Below, one piece after another: positions 47,274 to 57,561 of a stretch of 64,000 nt of DNA (positions within the stretch are counted from its first letter, which is position 1; each line of letters opens with the position of its first letter). The stretch is taken from contig OY970223.1 of assembly GCA_963714015.1 (NCBI GenBank), forward strand, positions 2,592,001 through 2,656,000, given 5' to 3'. Under the pieces are notes generated by a model. The model did no database searches. It was not told the origin of the DNA and worked only from the letters and a program-made list of their open reading frames with translations. Both the position numbers and the translations under genes were made by a program. This DNA comes from Vulcanimicrobiota bacterium. GTDB taxonomy: Bacteria; Vulcanimicrobiota; Vulcanimicrobiia; Vulcanimicrobiales; Vulcanimicrobiaceae.

Positions 47274-48386
47274 TTAGGTGGAACGCAAGATGTAGACGGG
47301 GCGCACGCCGCCCGCTTTGATGCGACGCACAACGATGTCCAGGTTGGGGTCCGGCGCGGCTCCCGGCCCGAACTTGGTCGAGTCGAAGACCTGCGCCGCG
47401 TGGCCCAGGATCGTTTCCCGTCCAAGATGCGCAAAATCGGCATAGAACGCCGAGTCGTCAGTCGCCCACTCAATGACGATCGCGACCTGGCCGTAGGTAA
47501 TGTTGAACGCCGCGGCTGACGTCGGGTCGCTCTGCGTGTCGAACACGTAAATATTGGGGACAAGTAACTGCTCAGATGACGGTTGGAAGACGGCTAAACC
47601 GCCGCGCGTACCGATACCGCCCATCGTTCCGAGTGAAAGGTCTTGCAGCACCTTATTGGCCGTGACTGCCTCGGCCGCAAGATAGTAATTCACGGCGCCG
47701 GTGAGAATCGCTTGAAGCGTTTGCAGCTTCATCCCGAGCCGCTTGCGAATTCGCAGGGAATACGCAGCATCGTTCCCGGCTTCCGACGGCAACCGCTGCA
47801 TTTCCGTGCCGTAGATATCATTCGCGGTCAGGTCGAGGTTGTTATCGCTGCGAGTTGCCCAGCGCGTCTGGTTCTTCGTATACGGAATTTCGAGCGAGGC
47901 AATGTACCCAAAGCCGCTCGCAATACCGAACGCCATCGCGTACAGTAGCCCGGTCGTCGACGGATCGCCCGTATCGGTGCGCGCCGCATCGGTAAACCAC
48001 CGCTTTGGGATCAGCGCCATGATCCGCTGCGTAAATTCGGCTTGCGTGTACGGTAAAGGCGGCGGCGGCGGCGGCTCAACCGGCTGCTGCGTCTGCTCCT
48101 GAACGGGGACCAACACGCGAATCGTTTGATTCGTTCCCGTGCCGATGAAGGTGGTCGTTCCGGAGGGAGCGTTGGCGCCCGAAAACGTCACGTCGTACAG
48201 GACGTTTTGCCCGGCGTACATCTCGATCGTACCGCCGGCTGCGAGAATGGCGGTCTGAACGAACTCGTCGCCCTGCTGGATAATCGTCGCCGTCAGACCA
48301 GCCGCCAGCGGCGTACCGGTCTGATCGACGAAAGTCACTTCTACTTGCTGGGATACGCTTTCGCCAAGCAGCAAGAGAAGCGACAT
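47274..48386 (-). CDS. Baseplate wedge subunit (Mu gp48/P2 gpI-like) with an extra N-terminal domain
   Basis: RI.ALIP.RWF, QTR.AT..D..LDL.A.D.YG...R..SE...D..Y..RI, and its position just before the fibres. Confidence 0.65.
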   Translation of the reverse strand: MSLLLLLGESVSQQVEVTFVDQTGTPLAAGLTATIIQQGDEFVQTAILAAGGTIEMYAGQNVLYDVTFSGANAPSGTTTFIGTGTNQTIRVLVPVQEQTQQPVEPPPPPPLPYTQAEFTQRIMALIPKRWFTDAARTDTGDPSTTGLLYAMAFGIASGFGYIASLEIPYTKNQTRWATRSDNNLDLTANDIYGTEMQRLPSEAGNDAAYSLRIRKRLGMKLQTLQAILTGAVNYYLAAEAVTANKVLQDLSLGTMGGIGTRGGLAVFQPSSEQLLVPNIYVFDTQSDPTSAAAFNITYGQVAIVIEWATDDSAFYADFAHLGRETILGHAAQVFDSTKFGPGAAPDPNLDIVVRRIKAGGVRPVYILRST

Positions 48387-48400
48387 GTATGCTCCTTGGG

Positions 48401-51400
48401 CTAGTGAACGACGAGCAGGACTTGGCCGTCGTACAACACTTGCGAATTGCTGGTGATGTCCGAAAGCGACTTCGAGTAGTCGAACGTGCCGCCGTTCGGG
48501 ACGTCCTGACCGCTCGATCCGTTACAGACCGCAGCCGTTCCGTAGCCGAGTGATCCGCTCTGCGGCATCGCGTAGATCGGCGCACCGGACCCCGATCCCC
48601 AATAGGTCGAAAGCGGCGTGCACGGCACCAAGACGTGACCGAGACGCGAGTAGGTATGCGGCGCCCAGCCCGAAAGGTTCGAGGCACTGACGACTCGCGA
48701 TGCGCCAGATCCGTTGATGACAACGAGCAGCGGACCGCGGTCCTGAGCGCATGCGAACCACTGCCGCCGGTCGAATGCCGTGCAGCTGCCGCTTCCGGTC
48801 ACATCGAACACCCAGAGATGCTCGAACTCGAAGCAATACAGCCCGGTGATGCCGTTGCAGAGGATGTTCGAATCGTACGATCCGCCGACCGCGCACTTGA
48901 CGTTCGTACCGTTGTACGGAGACGAACCCTCGCCACACGGCTTCTGCCCAGAGGCGCCAGTCGGATCTGCCGGCATGGGCGTATCGCGTCCTGACGGCAT
49001 AACGAAATCGAATGGCCAGACGTCCATGCAGTTCGGGGAGAGTCCAGCGCTGCCGAAGCCGCACATATCCGAGAACTCGGATAACATAACGGGTGCGTCG
49101 TCCGAGAAAAGGCCAAGAATCGGGGCGTATTCCCACAGTTGATTCTGCTGGTGAATGCCGGTCCCGAGCGAACTCGTTGACGTCCCCTGAATCTCGTCCG
49201 ACTGATCGGCAAGGAACATCGCGGCGATCTGCGTGTTGATGCCGGTCTTGACCGTTTCTTGATAGAGCGCAGCGATATTGTTGATCGCGCTGTGCATCCC
49301 CTGATCGACGCCAATACCGCTCTTGAGTCTGCTGAGCGACCGGGCCGTTATAGGGCAGCGGTTGAGGCGTCGGGCACGTCACGCCGTCGCACCCAACGAG
49401 CGTTTCTTCGTCAACTCCGAAGCGCGTGTTCGCGTTTTGGTTGACCGCTTGCGAAGTGTTCTGCAACCCGTTATAGGTCACGTTCATCGCCGATCCGTTC
49501 TGATGCTGCAATCCACCAAGGAAAGCGGCCAGCGCGGTCTCGTACGACGTGTCAGACGGGAACGTCAGCGGTCTATCGTTGCTCGTCAGGAGCGTCGTGC
49601 GCGTGTGGTACGTGCCATTGAAAAACGCGCTCGGATTGAACGATGTGCCGCTCGCGCCAGAGGTTGGGTCTGCGTACGGAGATGACGAGCCGGTTCCGAA
49701 GTTTTTGCCGCCTTGGTACGACCCGTCCCATATATCCCAGCCCGCGGATTCCAGGCCGATGAAGGCGTTGTCTTTGAATACCGAGGCGATCGCGTCGAAC
49801 GGTTGGGTTGACGCATTGCTGTCGTGCTTGCAATTCGCAATCACGTCGTTCGTGAACGCGAGCAGGCTAGCCGATCCGAGGTTCAGGTAGAGGTAGTATC
49901 GAGACGATCCGTCGATTCCCCAGCCCATATAGTCGACGTTTCCGGTCGTGCCGCCGTTGACGTAGATAAACCAATTGTTCGCGCCGGTCGACGTGTAGTC
50001 GGGAATCGTGTACGGAGTTCCGGCCAGCGTGACGCTGGTTTGCTGATCCCAGAAGTTGCCGCTGCTGATCGTCGCCGCGGCGTCGCACGTGCGCGATCCG
50101 TTATTGAGATATGAGCCGTGGAACGGGAAGTCGACGTCGTGTCCGTTCGCGTCGGGTTGCCCCAAGCCGGACTCCATGTAGTATTCCCAGCCATTTGCAA
50201 AGTTCCAGCGGCCGGGGCCCGGGCACGTCGTGGGCCAGAGGTTGTTACTGTTCGCGGTCGATCCGATGCACAGATCGTCGTATTGCGCGATCTGCGCGGA
50301 CGTCGCGGTCATGTTCGAATTTACGCCCTCAGACGAGAGCTCGCCGAACCAGGCCATTTCATCGCGTAACGGCGGCGGTGTCGCCGCAGGTGGCGTCGGT
50401 GTGGGCGTCGGGGTGGGCGTCGGTGTCGGAGCCGGCGTCGGGGTTGCGTAAAACGAGCCCGAGAAGCGCGCGGTCTGCGACATGGTGATGAACTCGGATA
50501 AGCCGTTCGCATCGAAGATCCAGTCGCGATCGCATTTCGGGTAGTTCGACCAGGACTCGAATGTGCTGAAGACCTGCGTCTTCGGAAAGTCGAGCGGCAT
50601 GTACGTCATCGCATCGGAGTACCACTGCGCTTGCGTGTTCAGCCCGGCGACGTAGCCGGTGCAGTTCGGGTCCGCCGTGACGTTCGCGCTGTTTTCAGCA
50701 CTCTCGATCCAGCCCTCGGGGAGATCCGGGTACCGGCTGGTCATGTAATTGTAGTACACTCTGGTAGGTGTTCACGAGGCCGTTCGCGTTGCCGACGTCG
50801 TACTGATCGTCGCCGATCATGTCAACGTCGTACGACCCGTCGATAGGCGCTGCGCACTCGAGCACGTAGCAGGTTTTCGGAAAGAAATTCTCGGTAAGCG
50901 ACGGGTTGCCGCCGGTAGGATTCCACAGCCACATAATGTTCGTGGCCCCGTCGATGTAGACGGAACGATAGTAGACGTACTCGTACCAGGCTTGAAAGAG
51001 TTCGCCCTTTTGAGCGTCGGTCGGAGCCATGCCGGTCGCTGGCCAGATTGCGGGAAAGTCGTAGATGGAGTCGTTATTGCTGCACTTCGCTGAACTCAGG
51101 CACTGATCGAATTCGTGAAACGGTCGCGCGTAAATCGGACCCGGATAGGCTTTCATACGCTGCGCGAATGCGTCGATGTAGCTGTCCCACTTCTCGTAGC
51201 ACTGCGTAGACGAATTTGGATTCGTTGCGCACGATGGCGGCGGAGCGGGGAAGCCGAGCGACTCCGCAACCGCTGCCGGTAAATAGCTTGCGAGCGATTC
51301 TGCCGACGACGTCGGGAGCCCAGCACTCCAAGAGACAATCGGCGTACGCTTGAGGGCTATAGAAGCGATGATGCGCGGATCGATGGGAGCGCCGACCGGT

Positions 51401-51735
51401 CCCCAAACCTTTGAGCCCGAATTCACGAAGTAGGTGGGCGAGCCGTAAATGAGATCGATCGGCAGCGAATGCCCCACGAGCGTTTCGAGCGTCTCTTGGT
51501 TGTTCTCTTGGATCTGCGCACCGCTCAAGATCAGACCGGTGGGCTTCGGTGACGGGCTGGATGCCGCGCGGAAAAAGCCACCGACCAGAATTTGGCCCGA
51601 GGGGAGCGGCGTCGGGTGCGGGTACGGCGTCGGAGGGTGGCCGACGAATGGCCACGTGCCGTACGTTTGCTGCGCGCTAGCAATACCGCTCAAAGCGGCA
51701 AGCAAAAATACGGCCGCGAGGGCGCTTCGAAGCAT
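48401..51735 (-). CDS. ~1,100-aa secreted two-domain glycoside hydrolase (GH26-like, PT linker, second putative GH); frameshifts ~50762 and ~49320
   Basis: Signal MLRSALAAVFLLAALSGIASA|QQ, GH26-like PIYARPFHEFD, IMWLWNP and VDMIGDDQYD, a PTPAPTPTPTPTP linker, and a second domain with FKDNA and VTYNGL. Confidence 0.65.
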
Positions 51736-51743
51736 TCCTACAC

Positions 51744-53356
51744 CTAACGTGAGCTGAATTGCGTGCCGATGATGTTGATGTTTATCGTCGCCACGGAGGC
51801 AGACGATCCGAAACAGAGCCCGTCGCCGATTACGGTGCGGAAGATCTCGCTGTTTGCCATGTGCAGCACGACGTTGCCTCCCGCGGGAACCAGGATCGGC
51901 GCGCCGATCGCGACGGCAACGCCTGAGCCGCCGCAATTCGCGCCGGTCCCCTCATAGGCTTGAACGGAGACTGCCGTCGCGCTGGTGTTGGACAAAGTGA
52001 GCGCCGAAACGCGCACTGCGGCGCCGGTTTGCTCGGTAACGCCTTTGATGCAGCTCGTCGTACTATTCAGCACGACCGGGCACATCGAGCCCTGGGAAAC
52101 GGACGTTGTGCACATCGACAAGCCGTTGTAATCGTTGTCCGCGAAGAGCCCGGCAACGTCCGGAGCGCCCATGGTGCCCTTGGAGTCGGCGAGGCCGGTT
52201 ACCGTGGGCGTGTTCTTGATCGCGGTCCAAGCATAGCCGTTACCGTAGCCAGAAAGCGGCGAGATGGACCATGCAACCGTCGGCGTTCCGGAAAGCGCTC
52301 CCGCTGCGCGCACGCGAATCCAGCCGGCACCGGTTACGTTGAGTTGGTAGACGCCGTTGGCGCTGGCAAAGTAGTTCGGGGTGTTCGACACGGGACTCTG
52401 CAACCCGAGCTGAATCCCAAAACCTGAGACCCAGCCGCCATTCGAGCCGTTCGTCGAATCGACGCTGCGTTCGTAGTAAAGATTTCCGGACGTCAGGCCG
52501 CTAATGCGCAGATCGACTTGACCGCACGCACCAGGGCAGTAAAACGCGGCGTACGAGTCTGCAGTCGGCGCCGTCGTATTGACGTTTCCATTGCCGAACA
52601 TCGCCGGACCGGCGCTGTCGGTAACCAAGATTTGCGCGCTCGAGGGAGCGGGACTCGCTTGGGCTACGAACTGATTGCCGGACGTGTCGCAGCGCGTAGA
52701 GTACGCTGTTCCGCCGTTGGCCGTGACGGGCGACGTCACGGTGGGGCAGTAAGGCTGCGTGTTGACGCCGTTGCCGGGATTAGACGTCGCGGCAGGTACG
52801 GGCGGAGGCGGCGTTATGACGGCAACGGGACCGTTCGACCCGTTGATGTTCACATTGACGTCGCCGGCCGGGTCGAACGAGAACGGCAGTCCGCCGCTAT
52901 AGCGCGGTGAGCAAAGGATCGTAATCGATCCGGTACCCACGTTCGTCACGCTCAGATCGAAATAGCGCGCGCCGTTGAGTGCAAAGATGTACTGTCCGTT
53001 CGCGGTGAGCGAACTTCCCACGGTGGGCCCCTGGACATAGATGCCATTTGCCGCTTGCGGTTTCGCGTTCAGCGAATCGAATGCCAGATACGACGTAACT
53101 GCCGTCGTTCCGTCGAAACCCTCCAGATCGCAGCCGAGTGCGTGTACGCATGGATTCCGCCGTCGAACGTGTACGAGTACGTGTTCGGCGCGGGCGTCGC
53201 GGTGGCGGGAAACGTCGTCGGGGTGGGCGCCGGAATGACGTGCTGCACCTGCGAGTACGTGGTCTGTGCCTGCGTCGGAGCCAAGAAACAAAACAGCGCC
53301 ACGAGGGCGCCGAACGTTCCGATTCCATACTTGAGTAGAGAGCGTTTTAACGCCAT
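51744..53356 (-). CDS. Signal-peptide-bearing beta-rich phage appendage-like protein (frameshift ~53125)
   Basis: MALKRSLLKYGIGTFGALVALFCFLAPTQA|QT joined to the body in the frame of the ORF at 51744..53291. Paired Cys and jelly-roll-like modules. Confidence 0.55.
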
Positions 53357-53838
53357 GCGACGAGCACTCCTTTTGTCGGGGCTGGACCTGCCAGGTTGAT
53401 GCAAAGCCCGGCGGGGACGCTCAGGCCGTCGTATTCGGCTCGGTCGCCAAGATTCGTAAAATTGCCGATGCACTGACCGCCGGCCGAGGTGGCGCCGTTG
53501 TAGACGCCGATCGTGTAGGCCGCCGGAGCACCTTCGAGGTTGCGGAGGTAGCCGATCTCGACGGCGCCGGCGATATCGGTGTCACCGAGTGCGTCGACGA
53601 TCGTGAACTTGAAGGGCGTATCCGCCGTTGCAACGGGATATCCACCCTGCATACCTTGCGTCGCAACGGCGCCATTCACCGGGGCGACGCCCGGCGCGGT
53701 GACGTCCGCTTTGCTGATCGTGCCGCCTTCTTCGCACGCGATCTCCATCAACTGCGCGTGGCATTGCTGCCCAGCCCACGTTCCGACATCGGTCGCGACG
53801 TCTTGGCCGCCCGTGAGCTGGATGAAACTTTGTCCCAT
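53347..53838 (-). CDS. Phage hypothetical protein (tail-associated)
   Basis: GAGAGG RBS, and a DVATDVG...HAQL motif of a kind seen in phage tail-region proteins. Confidence 0.6.
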   Translation of the reverse strand: MGQSFIQLTGGQDVATDVGTWAGQQCHAQLMEIACEEGGTISKADVTAPGVAPVNGAVATQGMQGGYPVATADTPFKFTIVDALGDTDIAGAVEIGYLRNLEGAPAAYTIGVYNGATSAGGQCIGNFTNLGDRAEYDGLSVPAGLCINLAGPAPTKGVLVAWR

Positions 53839-53853
53839 GGTACCTCTCTCGGT

Positions 53854-55071
53854 TTAGGAGATGGTGACGTGCGTAAGATCGGTGCGCGCGAGTTGAAAAT
53901 TGGTCAGTGGAATATCCTGATACGCGTTGTTAATTTGCAAGTTCGCGTAGCCCAGCAGTCCCTGGCCGGGCTGCGTTCCAACGAAACTCTCCACGAGTTG
54001 GATCAGTCCGATGAATGGCAGCTTGCCGGTTGGGTTAAGGCCGCCAGAGCCATACGTGGAACCGCCTGGACCGTTTGCGTTGACCCACGCAATAATCGCT
54101 TGCTGCAGCGCGAGCTGCACTTGCCCAAGCTGAAAGCCGGGCTGCGCTACGGTTCCACTGACGGTGACGGCAACGATCTCGTTTTGCGGTGGCACCACGT
54201 CGAAACCAATGCCGCCCGTTCGAATGGCCGAGATACTGCTTTTAATAGCTGCTATCGTGACGTTAGGGATGCTTCCCGATCCATCGTCAACGCAGATCGT
54301 ATAGTACGCGTCCTTCTCGTTGCCGTTCTGGTCGGTTAGGTCGTTGTAAGTGAAGGCGAGGCCGACTTGCGTGCCCGAGACGGCCGCGCAGATCCCGCGT
54401 TCGGTTCCATCGCCGCCGAGCGCCGCCATCCAATCGGTGAAGCGCTGCCAAAGCGGCCCGTCTTCTTCCGTGGGATTGCCATTACTGATCGCGTTCTGGT
54501 TCGTAACATTGTCCGCCGGAACGTTGGGGCTCGAAATGACGGTGAGCGTTCCCGCCTCGAGGTTGCCGATTGTTCCGGCCGTAAGACACCGCGCCGTGAC
54601 CGCAACGGTGAGGCCGTTTGCCGGAAAAATATAACCGCCCAGCACGGTGCTCGATGCTGGATTGTCGGGATCGGCGATGGCTTGGAACTGCACCGGCATT
54701 GCCGGCGGCTGAACGACATTCTGAACGATCGTATCGAACGGGATGACGCCCTGATTCGGATTCGGTTGATTGTTCGCAAACGTGAGCGTCGTCGTAGCGA
54801 ACGACGCACTGAGGCGTGGCGTAAAGCCCGATTCGACGAAATCGCCGACGTAGGAGTCGAGATCGGCGCCGGCGCACAGCTTGCCGCGCGAGAGCTCGGC
54901 GACGTCGAGATTTTGCTGCTGGACGAAGTCAAACTGTGTGGCCAGCGAGTATGTGAGGGCAGCTTCCGGGGTGTTATCACTGAAGTCGTCGATCTGATCG
55001 GTCTTAACGATAATGCCGGACTCGATGTCCTCCTGGAACTGCTCCGGAGTCTTGGTTTGCGGCTGAGGCAA
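53854..55071 (-). CDS. Baseplate J-like protein (P2 gpJ/Mu gp47)
   Basis: GADLD..V.DF...R..A..A, C.TAG.IGN..AG, NG...EED..L..RF, VDDGSG and R..GI.F.V. Confidence 0.88.
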   Translation of the reverse strand: MPQPQTKTPEQFQEDIESGIIVKTDQIDDFSDNTPEAALTYSLATQFDFVQQQNLDVAELSRGKLCAGADLDSYVGDFVESGFTPRLSASFATTTLTFANNQPNPNQGVIPFDTIVQNVVQPPAMPVQFQAIADPDNPASSTVLGGYIFPANGLTVAVTARCLTAGTIGNLEAGTLTVISSPNVPADNVTNQNAISNGNPTEEDGPLWQRFTDWMAALGGDGTERGICAAVSGTQVGLAFTYNDLTDQNGNEKDAYYTICVDDGSGSIPNVTIAAIKSSISAIRTGGIGFDVVPPQNEIVAVTVSGTVAQPGFQLGQVQLALQQAIIAWVNANGPGGSTYGSGGLNPTGKLPFIGLIQLVESFVGTQPGQGLLGYANLQINNAYQDIPLTNFQLARTDLTHVTIS

Positions 55072-55082
55072 AGCGCAATCTC

Positions 55083-55514
55083 CTACGTTGACGGAACAGT
55101 GAACGAAATGGCCCGCGGGCGGTTGCTAACCGCATCGTTATAGTAAATCGTGATGACCAAGCCACCTTGAACGCCGTCGACGTTGATTCGCGGCGTTGGG
55201 ACTTTCGCGATCTCGTCGATCGTCTGGCATCCTTCTTGAATGAGCGCCTTAATGTCCGTGAGGTCTTTGCTCGAGTACGAGTCGCCGACTTTACGACAAA
55301 GCCCGATGCCGAACGACGCGTTAAAAATGTAGTCCGCCGGCAGCACGCTGCCGTCCGGATTAACGATGCGCTGATTCGTAAGCAGCCAACGAACGAGTTT
55401 TTGCGCGGCGAGCGTCGAGCCGGAGCAGCAGAGGAGCGAACCGGTTGGCCCGACTTGAAAGTCGCCCCCTTGTCCGTTGAAGAGGTTTGGCCAGTTCAAA
55501 GATAGGCTGCTCAT
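55083..55514 (-). CDS. Baseplate gp25/gpW/gp46-like sheath initiator
   Basis: GDF.VGPTG.L...QKL.R.LLTN...DYIF...FG.GL, located between spike and J. Confidence 0.7.
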   Translation of the reverse strand: MSSLSLNWPNLFNGQGGDFQVGPTGSLLCCSGSTLAAQKLVRWLLTNQRIVNPDGSVLPADYIFNASFGIGLCRKVGDSYSSKDLTDIKALIQEGCQTIDEIAKVPTPRINVDGVQGGLVITIYYNDAVSNRPRAISFTVPST

Positions 55515-56183
55515 TGCACGGCCTTCACTTTCGAGGATCCGGTGCTAGCGATTGCCGTGAGCGACGTCGGTCCAACGGCGTTGGAGCCGGCGCTCAGACT
55601 TTCAGTGGCCCATGTCGTCAGGTCGGTTTTGAGTCTGCGCCTGTTGCTGCGTGTACCACTGATCGAGATAACGTTTCGTGATGACGGCGTCTTCCGTGTC
55701 GTCGATGCCTTGCACATCGCCGAGCCACACTTTCGTCGTACCGTACAGGTAGGCAACGCCCGCCGCGAACAAACGGAGCGACTGATCGGCCATCCACTTG
55801 ACGAACGAACCGCTTTTGTGGACGATGTACCGTTCGCCGGGCTGCGCACCGAGCGACTTGTGGTCCTGGTCGAACGCCGCATCGAACGCGACGTAATCGT
55901 TTCCTTCGCGATCGACGCACAGGACGGCCACATGCATCCCCGGCTCGAGCCCAACTTCGTCGCCGTATTCGTCGCCGGCCCACGGCCGATAGTAAAGCAT
56001 CGGCCCAAGGTCTTGCGGCGTGTTTCCGCTGTAATCGGTCACCGTGATGAGGCCGGTATTGGGGTCGACGGTCTTGACCGCGCAGCTCTTGAACGGGAGC
56101 GGCGTGACGATGGCGCGTTTCGCGCGGGCCGTCAGCCGTTCGCCGAATTCGCGTATCTCCCGACGTCCATATGAATTCGACAT
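55511..56183 (-). CDS. Baseplate central spike (gpV/gp45-like); frameshift ~55640
   Basis: V..VDP..G.I.V OB-fold, PGE..I.HKSGS..K, and a C-terminus ending ...TGSSKVKA in the next frame. Confidence 0.7.
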
Positions 56184-56184
56184 A

Positions 56185-57306
56185 CTAATCGAGCTCCGCG
56201 CCTTCGTTCACTGGATTGAGGTTACCGACGACGAGATCCGCCAGCAGCGAGGGTTCCTTATTGCTCATATCGCACGTGAGCCGCGCGGAACGGACCGCAT
56301 ACGTCAGTTGATGCGACTGATCAACGTCGCCCCGGAGTGCAATCGAGAAGTTGGCGCCGTATTGCGAAATGAGTTGAAGCAGTTGCGTATCCGGTACGAT
56401 CTGCAAGCGGCCGGTGAATTCGCGGCGCGCGAGGTCGTAGTAGATTGCCTGGGCCTTCTGCTTGCACTGCGGACGGTTGAGACCCGGAATGAAGAACCGG
56501 AGCGTCTCGCCTTCCTGTGCGCTGGCATTCCCGTACGTCGCGATGATCTTGTAACTCGAGGACACGTGCCGCTGAATCGAGACAACCTGGATCTGCAGAT
56601 TGTGCGAACGGCGCGCGCCGTGGTCGATGTCGAGTGTCTTGCAGATACCGCCGCGCTGGGCCCACGTAATCGTTTTCGTCGGGGCGTTCGCGGCCGGCGG
56701 CCCGTAGTACCCAACGCCGTTGTGGACGGTCAGGATGAATCCGTCGTCGAGCGCCGCAGCGGACATCTCGTCCCACTCCGTACGATCGCGCGTCGAGGTG
56801 ATCTGCAGCGCGTCAGTGCTCGATTTACCGGAATTGACGGGCGAGGGGGCGCCGATGATGAGCGGGATGCCGTGCTGGGCGAAGTATTTTTGCGCGAGTT
56901 GAACGCCGGTGATGTTCCGGGGGAGCGCATCGCTGGTCCGGATGTCCTGAAAGATCGACGCTGAAGAACGCGCCGAAATTTCAATGCTTTGGTTCGTGTA
57001 GCTGTACTTGGCTTCGTCGACGTACCCTTGCTCGATGCCGATAATCGGCACGGGAGGGTCCGGAGTCGGCCCCGCCTCGTAGCCGGCCCGAACGGTGATC
57101 GGCAGCGGATTGACCTGCTGCATCATGGCGCTGATATCCGGCGCCTGGTAGACGACCGCGCGGCCCTTCTTCATCCGGCGCGGAAGGGTCACGTCGATCG
57201 TGGAATTCATGGAGAACGCGTTCACGTCGACCGTGAAGTCCAGGAACGGAAGGGATTGGGCGTTGATCAGAACGGCGCCGCTGCATCGAAACGAGCGTCC
57301 GGCCAT
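56185..57306 (-). CDS. Baseplate hub (P2 gpD/Mu gp44-like)
   Basis: Size, position, and G.VD....I.ISAR...F.D, T.WD....A..DGF, PGL....C..KA motifs. Confidence 0.7.
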   Translation of the reverse strand: MAGRSFRCSGAVLINAQSLPFLDFTVDVNAFSMNSTIDVTLPRRMKKGRAVVYQAPDISAMMQQVNPLPITVRAGYEAGPTPDPPVPIIGIEQGYVDEAKYSYTNQSIEISARSSASIFQDIRTSDALPRNITGVQLAQKYFAQHGIPLIIGAPSPVNSGKSSTDALQITSTRDRTEWDEMSAAALDDGFILTVHNGVGYYGPPAANAPTKTITWAQRGGICKTLDIDHGARRSHNLQIQVVSIQRHVSSSYKIIATYGNASAQEGETLRFFIPGLNRPQCKQKAQAIYYDLARREFTGRLQIVPDTQLLQLISQYGANFSIALRGDVDQSHQLTYAVRSARLTCDMSNKEPSLLADLVVGNLNPVNEGAELD

Positions 57307-57528
57307 GCCCTCTCCTTACGGAATGATTTTAACGAAGAAGCCTCGGCAACCGGCTTGGAAAAAGAGCAAACCGGCGTCGATATCGTTCCAATCAATGGAA
57401 AGCGGCTGCAAGTAGCGCCGGTACCAAACGCCAATGTAGATTTGTTTAAACGGCAAAGAGAGCTGGGCTTCGAACGGCCCCAGCTTTATGTGGACGTGGA
57501 TATTAAGCTTCACGGCCATGCCCTCTCC
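57300..57528. repeat. 16-bp direct repeat CGGCCATGCCCTCTCC at 57300-57315 and 57513-57528
   Basis: Exact match seen in the sequence. On the minus strand it is GGAGAGGGC ATG GCC G, i.e. an RBS plus start codon. Confidence 0.85.
57316..57519 (-). CDS. Small hydrophobic moron-like protein (67 aa)
   Basis: Own GGAG RBS, visibly more AT-rich than neighbouring genes, and bracketed by the direct repeat. Confidence 0.55.
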   Translation of the reverse strand: MAVKLNIHVHIKLGPFEAQLSLPFKQIYIGVWYRRYLQPLSIDWNDIDAGLLFFQAGCRGFFVKIIP

Positions 57529-57561
57529 CTGAAAAAGTCGCCTATATTATTGGTTAAGGGC

